Below, piece after piece: positions 18,471 through 36,760 of a stretch of 64,000 nt of DNA. Source of the stretch: Dictyostelium discoideum (Eukaryota); contig CM000152.2 of assembly GCA_000004695.1 (NCBI GenBank), forward strand, positions 4,192,001 to 4,256,000, written 5' to 3'. The notes beneath the pieces are model-generated. The model worked only from the letters and a program-made list of their open reading frames with translations, searched no databases and had not been told where the DNA came from. Both the position numbers and the translations under genes were made by a program. Positions within the stretch are counted from its first letter, which is position 1; each line of letters begins with the position of its first letter.

Positions 18471-18773
18471 CTCTAAACATTTTTAAAATAGAAATAAAAC
18501 AAGATTTACTATCGAAACTTAATATATAATAATATTTAGTTTTGTTTGTGTATTGTTTATATATTGTATATTTACGAAAGAAACTTTTTTTTTTTTTTTT
18601 TTTATATTGTATAGTAGTATTAAAAAAAAAATTAAATAAAAAAAAAAAAAAAAAACGACCCATTGTATTATAATAACCACAAAAAAAAAAAAAAAAAAAA
18701 TCTTATCTCCACACAACAAAAAAAAAAAAAAAAAAAAAAAAAAACCAGATTTTTTTTTTTCTTGAAAAAAAAA

Positions 18774-19695
18774 ATGAAATTAATAATAAAAAATTTAATA
18801 CTTTTATTAGTATCATGTTTATACTTTTTAAGTAATGTAAGTTGTGATCAAGAAGTTCATATGGCTTTACTCTTGGAAGGACAAGTTGATGATTTAGGTA
18901 TCAATTATGAAGTTAATCAAGGTTTAGCAGAGACAGAAGCATTAATTCAAAGAGCGGCCAAAGTTATTAATGATGCCAACTCATATGATTCAACTTATGA
19001 TAATATTAAAAGTTTATTAGATCAAGATAATCCATACAATTTAATCATCACAAGTTCAGAAAGTCAAATGTCAGCAGCATTAGACATTGCCTCTGATTAT
19101 GAAGATACATATTTCTTAATTTTTGGTGACATGGGTGACAAAAAAGTGCCACATAGTAAAGTTGGTACCTACTATTTCAATTTGGTTTCACCACATTTCG
19201 TTTTGGGTTTCATTGCAGGTGGTATGGGTAAAAGCGTTGGTATGGTTGTACCAGGTCCACCAACTGAGAATTATTTCACTGCAAATGCTTTTTACGCCGG
19301 TATGAAATATTATACGTCACCAGCTGGTGCACCAAATCCATCTTTATCAGTTGTAGCCACTTCAAGTTATGATGATTATGATACTGCAACTGGTGCTGGT
19401 AGAATTTTATTAACCAAAGATATCGATATTTGTACTCAAAGTCAAACCGATATGACCGTTGCAAATATGTTTTTAAATGCTTCAAAATGGGCTTTTGGTA
19501 CAAATGGTTTCCCACAATCAAACATCTATGGTAATCGTATCATTCAATCTGTTGTTCATAATTTTCAAGTGCCATTCTATGAAGCTGCAACTATGGTAAT
19601 GAAAAATACTTGGAAAAATGGCTATAATTTCTTTGGTGATTTTAATAATAATTTCTTTTATTTAGATTATTATAGTTTTTTAGTAAGTTTAAATT

Positions 19696-19747
<52 letters not shown>

Positions 19748-21017
19748 ATAATAATAATAATTATTAATTTATTCATTTATTTATTTATTTTATTTTTAGG
19801 TTGATCCATTACTTAAAAATCAAACTGAAGATTTAATTTCAACAATTAAAGGTGGTGCTAAACCATATATTACAAATGGTTTAACTTATGAAAAAATATT
19901 AGAACAAACTAAACTTTCAACAGGAATTACTGATTTAGGTTATTATGCAGTACCAACTACTGAAGTTTATACAACTGGTAGTATTAATAAAACATTTATG
20001 GCAGTTTCAATCTTAGAGATGGCAATTTGTTTAATTATTGGTATAATTGTAATTTTCTTCTTTAGTAGAAATATTAATATCATCTATTCAACCATTCCAT
20101 ATTGTTTAACCATTTTATTGGGAGCATCTCTTATTGCAGTGGCTATTTTCCTTTGGAATCTTCGTGATTTAAATACTCAAATTTGTACATCAAAGATTTG
20201 GATGGCATCATTGGGTTACAATGTTTTAATTGGTTTCATTATTATCAAGAGTTCATTGATCTACTTTAAATTCAAAGAGATGGTTAAATCAAAGAATGAA
20301 AAGATTAGTCCAATTCCATTTGGTCGTATTGTTCTCTGGTTCGTTCCATTGTTAATTATCGATTGTGTTTTATTGATCATCTATAGTACTAGTGGTAATC
20401 CAGGTAAAATCGATTCACTCGGTTTGGATGGTATTGGCAGATATGAATACACTCAAAATTGTGTAAACAATTTAACCGGTGATATCATCCTTTACATTAT
20501 CTTGGTTTTCCATGGTTTACAATTACTCTATGGTTGTGTTATCGCTTGGAAGACTCGTGTCATCGATTTGGAAGAATTCATTGAAGCTCATGATTTCGCT
20601 ACCGCCATTTATTTAATCACTTTCTGTAGTTTCATTATCGTTATTCTCATGGTTGGTGTCACTTCAACTAGTAACAGAAATACAATTATCTCTGCTTGTG
20701 CTATCTTTTCTTCCTTCTCTTGTGTATTAATTATTTTTGGTGCTAAATTCTGGAAAATTTATAAACCAGTTGAAGATGATGGTCTTCCACAAATTAAACT
20801 AAAGCCACAAAAATCTTACAGTGGTTCTGGTGGTTCTGGTAACTCAAGTGGTTCAAAGTCAAAGAAAACCTCTGCTCACTCTAGCACAAGTGGTGTTAAA
20901 TCTGGTACTTCTGCTCCAACTCAAACTTCTCAAAGTGCTATGGCCAGTATTAATATTCAAAACTTTGTAAATCCAATTGAAGCAAGTTCAAGAGCTGCTG
21001 CACAAAATGATAATTAA
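18774..21017 (+). CDS. Receptor with a signal peptide, an N-terminal Bmp/PnrA-like periplasmic-binding-protein domain (~300 aa), seven TM helices and a Ser/Gly-rich cytoplasmic tail (family-C-GPCR-like architecture). Exon 1 18774..19682, intron 19683..19799, exon 2 19800..21017.
   Basis: ATG at 18774 begins MKLIIKNLILLLVSCLYFLSNVSC. The region HMALLLEGQVDDLGINYEVNQGLAE...LIFGDMGD.. resembles Bmp-family (PnrA/Med-type) sugar/nucleoside-binding lipoproteins. Exon 1 ends at TTA|GTAAGT (19683). The intron contains a 48-nt poly(A) tract and ends in TTTTTAG at 19799. The phase-0 junction continues ..YYSFL-VDPLLKNQTEDL.. into the ORF holding 7 hydrophobic helices (IGIIVIFFF; ILLGASLIAVAIFLW; LGYNVLIGFIII; WFVPLLIIDCVLLIIY; IILYIILVFHGLQLLYGCVIAW; AIYLITFCSFIIVILMVGV; ISACAIFSSFSCVLIIFGA). 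Confidence 0.65.
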
Positions 21018-21018
21018 A

Positions 21019-21056
<38 letters not shown>

Positions 21057-21146
21057 AATTAACGATAAATATATATATTAATAGTAAACAATTTAAAAAA
21101 ATTTGACAATGAATCATATATACATTAAATAATAATTATTGTCAAA

Positions 21147-21207
<61 letters not shown>

Positions 21208-21400
21208 AGAAAAAAAAAAATCGATAAATTCTATAGAATCCAATAATAAAAAAAAAAAAAAATAAGAAAATTATTGTTTATTAACAATAATTTTCAAAAA
21301 TCTATAATCTAACAAATAGTTTTTTTTAATTTTATTTCATTTTTATTTTTATTTTTTTTTTTTCTATAAATAACTTTTTTTTTTTTTTATTTTTTTTTTT

Positions 21401-22232
21401 TTAATTAATTTTTGATCTTTTCTTTAATAATTCATTTAATAAAATTTGATGATTAGATGGTGAATCAGGTTTACCTTTTATTTTTTGAGGTTGTTGTGGT
21501 AATTTTGTAATATTTATAAGTTTTGGTTTTGATTTTAGAATTGGTTGAGTGGCTTGTGGTTGTTTTGAAAGTTGATCAATTTTCTCTTCTAAAAATAGAG
21601 TCCATTCCATTTGTTTCTTTTGATCAGTTCTAAATTTAGGTAGGGAAGCTCTAATGGATCTTAATTCATCAATTGTTAAAGAACGAGAAAGTAGATAAGA
21701 TTGGAAATCATTTTGATGTTTTGATAGAATTGCTTTTGGATCCATACCAATTAATGAAAGTTCAGGATTTTCTTTAATTCTTTCTCTAATTTCCAAAGAT
21801 TGTTGATTTGGTGGTATTGAATAAATTGGTTTCATTTTTGATAAAGATTTCAAATTTAAAGGTTCATTTAAACGACGTTTTTCATCTTGAATCATTTGAA
21901 TTTCTCTTCTATACTCTTCAGTCATTGATAATTCTTGAAATAATTTTTCAAATTTAACATTAGCATCATTACGTTCTTTTTCACCAACCTTATCATTTAA
22001 TATAATCTTTTGAATTTCTTCCATTTCCGATTTCATATTTAAATGTGTTCTTTTAAATTGTTCATTATTATTATTATTATTATTTGTTGTAGATGAATTT
22101 AATAAATTAATTGATTGAAATTGTTTCATATCATCTAATTTTCTAATAAATTCTTCTAAACGATCTAATTTTTCTAATTTTGTAACTAATAAAGAAATTT
22201 GTTCATTTTGTTGTTGAATTATTAAATTTGAT

Positions 22233-22285
<53 letters not shown>

Positions 22286-25074
22286 TAAAGATGAGTTTGA
22301 TCTATTTAATGATGAAGTTGAAGAGTTTAATTCATTTAATGAAGATGATTTTATTAAAGATGATTGAAGTTCTAATTGAGTTTTAATTTTAGAATTATTT
22401 AATTCAACTAAATTTAATTCCATTTCTTTATTTTTTAAAGTAGCAGTTTGAATTTTTTCAGAGATATCTTTAATTTTTTTACCTAAGGGAGTATCAAATA
22501 ATTTATTATTTGCAATTGAAGCAGATGCAGCACTATCAGGTTTTTGTGAAATATTTACAAGTATACCAACCATTTCATTTAATTTCTCTTCAATTTGTTT
22601 TGGTGTTCCATTTGTTAAAGTATTTTTTAAATTTGAACCACTTGAAAGTTCTTTTTCCAATTGATCCTTTTCTTTTTGAATTTGGTCTCTTGATTGAACT
22701 GCTCTATTTCTTTCTCTTTCAATTGCTTCGTTTGTATTTGTAAGTGATTTAATTTGACTTTCTAATCGTTTAACTTCAGATTCTAAACGATCAATTAATT
22801 TTTGATCCCTTTCAGCCAACTTTAATTTCTCTTGTACTAAAATTCTAGACTTCTTTTCTAAATCAATTTCACTTTCTAATTGTTTAACTTTTAATTGTAG
22901 TTGTTCAATTGAATGAATTGATTTGACAGTATTTGGAACGATACCAGTTATGGTTGATAGTTGTTGCTGTTGTTGTTGTTTTAATTGTTTCAATTCTTGT
23001 TCCAATTTTGAATTTTCACGTTCTAATAATATCTTTTTCTCACGCATTACATCTGATAATTCTTTTTGAGTATCTAATTCCATTATTAAAAGTTTTTCTT
23101 TGGTTTGAGCTTGTTCCAATTCTTTAATTAATTTTTTAGATTCTTCACGTTCAAATTCTTTTTTCTCAGTTTCTTTTCTTTTTAATTGTTGTTCATATTC
23201 TAATTCTTTTTCTAATTTTTCAGATTCCTTTTCAAATAATTTATATTTTTCATTTAAAATCTCTTTTTCTTGAATTAATGATTGATTTTCAGCTTCTAAA
23301 ATTTTAAATCTATACCATAATTCATCATAGGATTTAACTTGAGTATTGGATTTTGTTGATGCTAATTCTCTTTTTAAATTTAAAACTTCCCTTTCAAGTA
23401 AATTTACATCTTCTAATGCACTCTCTTTTGATCTTCTTTCATTCTCTAATTCAACAATGAAAATTTTCATTTTTGATTCAACATCATGTGAACTACTCAT
23501 TATATTATTATTATTAAAAATTGATGCATGAATTAAATTCATTGAATTATTGTTATTATTATTATAAGATGAAGAAGAAGGTGATGATGATGATGATGAT
23601 GGTAAAAATGAAGAAGTTGGTGGTGATGTTGATGATGGTGATGTTGATTTAGTTAGAAGTTTTTCATTAGATTTATTATTTCCAACAGTTTTTGTCATTA
23701 AATTCTTTCCTTTTGATGGTACTTTTTGTAATGGAGTTGCAGTACTAACAACTACTGTTGACTTTTTAATAGTAGTTGGTTGTTGTGATTGAACAATTAT
23801 TAATCTTTCCATATCGTCAATATCTTCTTGCATTTTCTTTAATTTCACTTTCTCTGATATAACTGGTTTACCTTGCTTCTCTAATTGTTTAATTGTTTCA
23901 TTTAATTTTAAAATTAAATCCTTTTGAATTTGAATTTGTTTCTTTACAATACTTTCTTTATCTTTAATAGTTTCTTCAATGATTAAATCTTCTTCTTTTG
24001 TATATTCATTCAAGGAATTATTAGTGATATTTTTATTACTATTATTATTCAAAGACATAATACTACCATGATTTTCATTATCATCAATTGGTATTAATGG
24101 TACCATATATCTTGAATTAATTGATTCACCTCTTTGAGTTTCTAAAATATCAGATCCGCTATTATTTCCACCAACACTAATACTAACTGGATATCCATAA
24201 TTAATATTATGTTCAGGTGTGATTGAATTTGGTGATGATGAAGATGATGATGTTGTTGAACAACTTGTTGTACTACTAACTGTTAGGTAGTTATTACTAC
24301 TACTACTACTTGTATTGTTATTGATATTTTTGTTACTACCATTACTAATACCACTAATTGTTGATGGCTTCCATTGTTGAGTTGGTTGAGATTGTGATGT
24401 TGGTTGAGAATCATTTTGGGAGGTAAGTGGAGTTGGTGGTTCAAAAAATTCTCTTGGGATTGATGATCTTGATTTGGCTCTTATTAATCTATGAATAAAA
24501 GTAAATTGAATTTGAAGACTTCCAGTTACAATCTTTGGTTTTTGTCCTTCCTTTAATGGTCTATCAGTTAAATAATACCACTGTGGACCTTGTGGTAAAT
24601 TTAATGCTTTTATTGGAATTTGAATTTGACCAATAAATTTTGATCCACCAGTTTTTTGTTCTTTTACTGTTAATGTTACTTCATCATCTTGAAATGTCAT
24701 TAAATCTCTTTAAAAAAATAAAAATGTTAATTCTTTAGTATAGGATAAAAAAAAAGGAAAAAAAAAAAAAAGAAAAAAAAGAAAAAAACTTACAAAACAA
24801 ATTTTTCAAATATTTTTGGATCAGGTCCTTTAAATAAATGAGTTTTGAAAGTTTTGTTTGGTGGTAGATCAATAATTACAAATATATCACCAGATTTTAT
24901 TCCCTTTGTTTCAAATACTAAAAATATTTATTTTATTTAATTTATTTTTTGATTAGAGATATTTTTATTTTTATTTTATTATTATTATTTTTTTTTTAGT
25001 GGGAAAATATCATGATTTTTGGATTACTTACAGGTTATTTCAATATCTCCTTTTTTATTTTTTAGAGATGCCAT
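21401..25074 (-). CDS. N-terminal C2 domain + very long coiled-coil protein, 3 exons: exon 1 25074..25032 (43 nt), exon 2 24917..24794, exon 3 24707..21401.
   Basis: Minus-strand ATGGCATCTCTAAAAAATAAAAAAGGAGATATTGAAATAACC-T|GTAAGT at 25074 (MASLKNKKGDIEIT). The acceptor TTTTTAG at 24920-24918 opens exon 2, which ends tt|GTAAGT (donor 24793). A TACTAAAG motif precedes the acceptor TTTAAAG at 24708, and the junction reads in frame into MTFQDDEV of ORF 21401..24700. The joined N-terminus has a C2-like fold signature (GDIFVIIDLPPNKTFKTHLFKGPDPKIFEKFVLDL..LTVKEQKTGGSKFIGQIQIPIKALNLPQGPQWYYLTDRP). The rest consists of heptad-rich EKLK/LEQEL repeats with poly-Asn and poly-Ser linkers. Confidence 0.65.
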
Positions 25075-25105
25075 TCTTTTTTTTTTTTTTTTTTTTTTTT
25101 AATAA

Positions 25106-25156
<51 letters not shown>

Positions 25157-26383
25157 CAAATAAATAGATAGAGAGATAAACTATTAACAAAACAAGACTC
25201 TTTTTTTATTTTTTATTTTATACTTTTAAAAAAATTAACCCTAATAATAAAACAAAAAGACTCTTTTTTTTTTTTTCTTTTATTTTTTTTATAATAAAGA
25301 TGTATTTTTTTTTTTTTATAAAATTTTTTTTTTAAATCTCTTTTTTAAAAATCGATTATAATTTAATTTAATTGAATTTATTTTTTGATAGAATTTAAGA
25401 ATTTGAAAAAAAAAAAAAAAACAAAAGTTGGAAACAGATTAAATGATTTAAATAATTTTAAATTTTAAATTTTAAATTTTAAATAAAAAAAACAAAATAA
25501 AAACAAATAAAGATATAATGGTTATAATAAATTTATAAAAATTTATAGAAAATAAATAAAAATTTTTTTAAAAAAAAAAAATAAAATACACATTCAACAT
25601 ATATATATTTATAGATAGATTAAAAAAGAAAAAAAAAAAAAAAAAAAAAAAAAAAAGAAAGAAAATAAATCCAATTTATTTGTAAAGTTATACAATCATC
25701 GAAAAAAGGAAATAGTATTAATACCAAATAAAAACAGTTCATAATAATAATTGAATTATAAAATACTCAATATATATAAGTATAGAATTTAGTACAAGCA
25801 TGTGCTTAAATTATTTCTACACAATTAAATATCGGACTACATAAAATATACCACACACATAATTTTCTATTATAATAATAAAAATTAAAAACAATAATGT
25901 AAATCGAATTGTAATTATCACATTTAAATTTAAAATAAAAAAAAATAATTAAAAAAAAAAAAAAAAAATAATAAAAAAGTACCATCAATAAATAAATATC
26001 CAAAAAAAAAAAAAATAAAAATAATTGTTTAAAAAAAAAAAATGGGTTTGATTTCCTAATATAATTATAATTTATATTATTATATTTTATATTTTCATTT
26101 TAAATAAGTAGTAGTGTTGTTATTAATGATTGAAATAAATAAATTTAAAATAAAACAAAATTGAAAAAAATTAAAAAAAAAAATTAATTGTAATTAAGAA
26201 GAACATTTTATAATTTTAGTTATCAAATAAATACTACACATAAAAACCCCCTCCCCCTATAAAATTTGTTACAAAATAAATAGGAAAAAAAAAAAAAACC
26301 TTTTTGTTTTAAAAGAGTTTGAATATATCTTTACTTAATTTATTTATATATATTATATATATATATTTTTAAAATTTTTTTTC

Positions 26384-26429
<46 letters not shown>

Positions 26430-26465
26430 TAATATCCAAAAAAAGAACAAAGGAAAAAATATATT

Positions 26466-26497
<32 letters not shown>

Positions 26498-27334
26498 ATT
26501 GAAAAAAAAAAAAAAAAAGAAACAACCGGTTTTCAATTTTATGACTTTTTCTATTTTCCTTTTTTTATTACTTTTTTGTATGATTAAAATTTTAAATTAT
26601 AATATATTTTTATTATTTTTTTGTATGATTTGAAAACCTAATAATAATTATGAATTTGAATATTTTATTGTTCAATATTAAAATGTTGAATTAATTATTA
26701 ATTTTTTATTTTATTTATTTATTTTATCAAATGCGATGGGCATTTTTTATTTTTTAAAAAAAAAAAAACAAAAAAAAAAAATAAAAATAATCAAAAAAAA
26801 AAAATCTAAAAATATTTTTTTTTTACACAAAAAACAATATTTTCACTTTCTATTTTTATTTTTATTTTTTTTATTTTTTTTTATTTTTTTCTTTGGTAAT
26901 AAAGCTTTTTATTTTCTTTTTATATTTAATTCTTATTTCTTTTTTTATTTCTTTTATATTATTATATATAAATAGATAATAAAATATAGCAACGAATTTT
27001 AGTTTCTACTATTATCAGAAAAAAAAAAAAAAAAAAATTAGAGGTGTATATAATTGTTTTTTCTTTTTTTTTATTTTATTTTTGTACAAAAATAGTCAAT
27101 TTACAAAAAAAGTCTTTGGGTAACATTTTTTTTTTTTTTTTTTTTTTTTGGTGGTATCAGTTAAATAATTTTTTTTTATTTTTTTTTAATAATAAACACA
27201 GCATTGCCAATCGATTAAAATATGATTTATCACACTATCACACATTAGTGTTTTCCATATAATTATAATTCACATAATAAAACACACCATACTGGTTTTC
27301 AAAATAATGGGAAAAATTCATCAAAGATTTATTT

Positions 27335-27374
<40 letters not shown>

Positions 27375-27766
27375 GTAATATATTTATCCAACAACAAATT
27401 TTATTTTTTATTATTTATTTTTATTTTTATTTTTGTTCTGTTTTTTTTTTTTTTTTTTATATCTCTCTGTTGTGAGTGTGTGAGAGATAATTTGGTTAAA
27501 AAAAAAAAAAAAAAAAAAAACAATTATTTTTATTTTTTTTTTTATTTTTATTTTAATTTTTATTTATTATTTTTTTATTTATTATTTTTTTATTTATTAT
27601 TATTATTATTTTTAATCTTCCATAATAAGATATCACAAGAAATTGGTTTTTTTTTTTTTTTTTTTTTTAAAAAAATTTTATATAATTAATTGTAATATAA
27701 AATTATTATTAATAAAAAAAAAAAAAAAAACTAAAAAAAGGATCACAATAGATTGTTGTATATTTT

Positions 27767-27797
<31 letters not shown>

Positions 27798-28017
27798 TTA
27801 TTATTATTATTTTTTTTAAAAACTACATTTATGAATAATAAAAAAATTTCAATCAACGATACACTTTCTTCACCCAAAAAAAAAAAATTAATTATTTATT
27901 TTTTTTATTAATAATTTTGTGTACAATTTTTTTTTTTTTTTTTTTTTTTTATTTTTATCTTTCTTCTCCTCACACACACAACCTGCGTATGATTAAAATA
28001 ATATTATAAATAATTAA

Positions 28018-34569
<6,552 letters not shown>

Positions 34570-34799
34570 ATAAATCATGACCATTTTTTTTTAATATTGT
34601 AATTAATAATAGGAAAAAAAAAAAAAAAAAAAGACAAAAATGTTTAGATAAAATATTTTCTTTATTTTATTTGTTTATTTTTTAATTTAAAATTTAACTT
34701 TATTAAAATCCTATTTATTTGTTAAAACTGAATAATTTAATTGCAAAATGGATGGTCATAATTTAATAAATCATAATCTTTTTTTGAAATTGTAATTAA

Positions 34800-35259
34800 T
34801 AATAAGAAAAAAAAATGTTTAGATAAATAAATATATTTTCTTTATTTATTTATTTAAAATTGAACTTTATTAAAATCTAAATCATTTGTTAAAACTGAAT
34901 AATTTAATTGATTAATTAAATCTGTTGAACCAATTTTTTCAATTATTGATTTTTTATTGACAATAATATTTCCAATTTGTTTATTAATTTTTGGTAATAA
35001 AATAATATTATGCATTGTTACCAATGGTTTTGGAATCTCCATTTCAATTGGTAAATCTGGTAAAACGATTGAATCAATTTGTTTTTTTAATTCAGTTGAT
35101 TCGAAATCTTCTCTTAAATTTTTTGTAAATTCTAAAAATGATTGATTTATACTATCTTTTAATACATCATAAAATTTTTGGCTAAATGATAATTTAAAAA
35201 TTAAAAAATTATTATTTAATTATAGAAAAAAAAAAAAAACAAATAAAAAAACTTTGAAA

Positions 35260-35302
<43 letters not shown>

Positions 35303-35926
35303 TACCTTTCAAAAATATTCCTAATTTCATTATATAACATTTTTAAATTTTGATATTCAATATCATTATCATTTTCAGGTGTTTTTTGAGATTGAACTAA
35401 ATTATCGATTTCTTCTTCTGTTGGTATTAAATATTTTAATAATGAATTATCTGATGATATTGATGCTATAATCTCTTTTTTTTCAAAATTATTTCTAATA
35501 TTAATTAATAATTTTAAAAATCCTTCAAAACTACTTTGTTGATCAATTTTCCAACTTTTTTTTTTTTTTTTATTATTAATAATTTATAAAAACATTATAA
35601 ATTAGTAAAAATTAATTTTATGTAAAATAAAATAAAATAAAATAAAATAAATAAAACATACTCTTTTAATGAAATTTTAATTTGTTCTTGAATTAAATTA
35701 ATAAATTGTGAAAAATTAATATCTTTAAAGAAATAACAATTATTTCTTGAGTTTATAAAATTTGATTCAGTTTGTTGATTTATTAATCTCATTGAATGTT
35801 GTTCTTGATCTTTATATAAAACATAATCTAAATAACAATATTTTCCAATTAAATTTATCTGTAGTCTATTAAAAATTGTCACCATTGGTATTATATATAA
35901 AACTGAAAATAATTTTGTAATAACTA

Positions 35927-35958
<32 letters not shown>

Positions 35959-35992
35959 CAAAAAAAGCTTATTAGTATAATAATAATAATAA

Positions 35993-36083
<91 letters not shown>

Positions 36084-36465
36084 TACTTGAAACTTTTAAT
36101 TGATCTGTTAATTTTAATTTTTCTGAAGGATCTTTTTCTGATCTAATTGATGCTAAAGAAGGTGTTTGAATTTTATCCAATATTTTATTTTCATCAATAA
36201 ATTTTGTAATTATTGCATCTACCTCTCTTTCACTAAGTTTTTGTGTTGATTCAAAATATGTCATAACTCTTTCTTTTGCTAATTTGATTTGTTTTCTTTT
36301 ATGAGATTGTGTTATATTATGATAAAGATATGCAACACCACTACTAAATGATACTAAAAACACACCCATCTTATGATTATATAAAAATGATCCAAACTTT
36401 TTAAGGTCTTGGTAAACCTTACTAACTTTATTTGGACTTAAATCTTCGAATTGAAAGTTCTCCAT
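34800..36465 (-). CDS. Multi-exon gene of unknown function (first exon 36465..~36087; further exons within ~35885..35670, ~35575..35230 and ~35200..34850). The 3' end is not resolved.
   Basis: MENFQFEDLSPNKVSKVYQDLKKFGSFLYNHKMGVFLVSFSSGVAYLYHNITQSHKRKQIKLAKERVMTYFE...LKVSS followed by a|GTAATT and a (TAA)n-rich intron. The downstream exon (within ORF 35595..35885) ends at ga|GTATGT. Another donor ag|GTATTT lies near 35250. Overlapping minus-strand ORFs 34854..35042 and 35595..35885 are pieces of this gene. Confidence 0.4.
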
Positions 36466-36760
36466 TTTTTATTTTTTATTTATTTTTAATATTATTATTT
36501 ACAAAAATACTTTTATATATTGTGAAGTAAAACAAATTCAATTTGAAAAAAAAAAAAAATAAAAAAAAAAAATAAAAATAAAAAAAAATAAAAAAAGTGA
36601 AAATAAAAATAAAAATGAAATTTTGTAAAAGTGTGTGTGGGATTGTACAAATAAAAAATATATTTATATTTTTTTTCTTTTTTTATTTTTTTATTTTTAT
36701 CTTTTTCTTGATTTGATGTTTTGATTTTGTATTTTTAAAATTTTCTTTTTTTTTTTTTTT

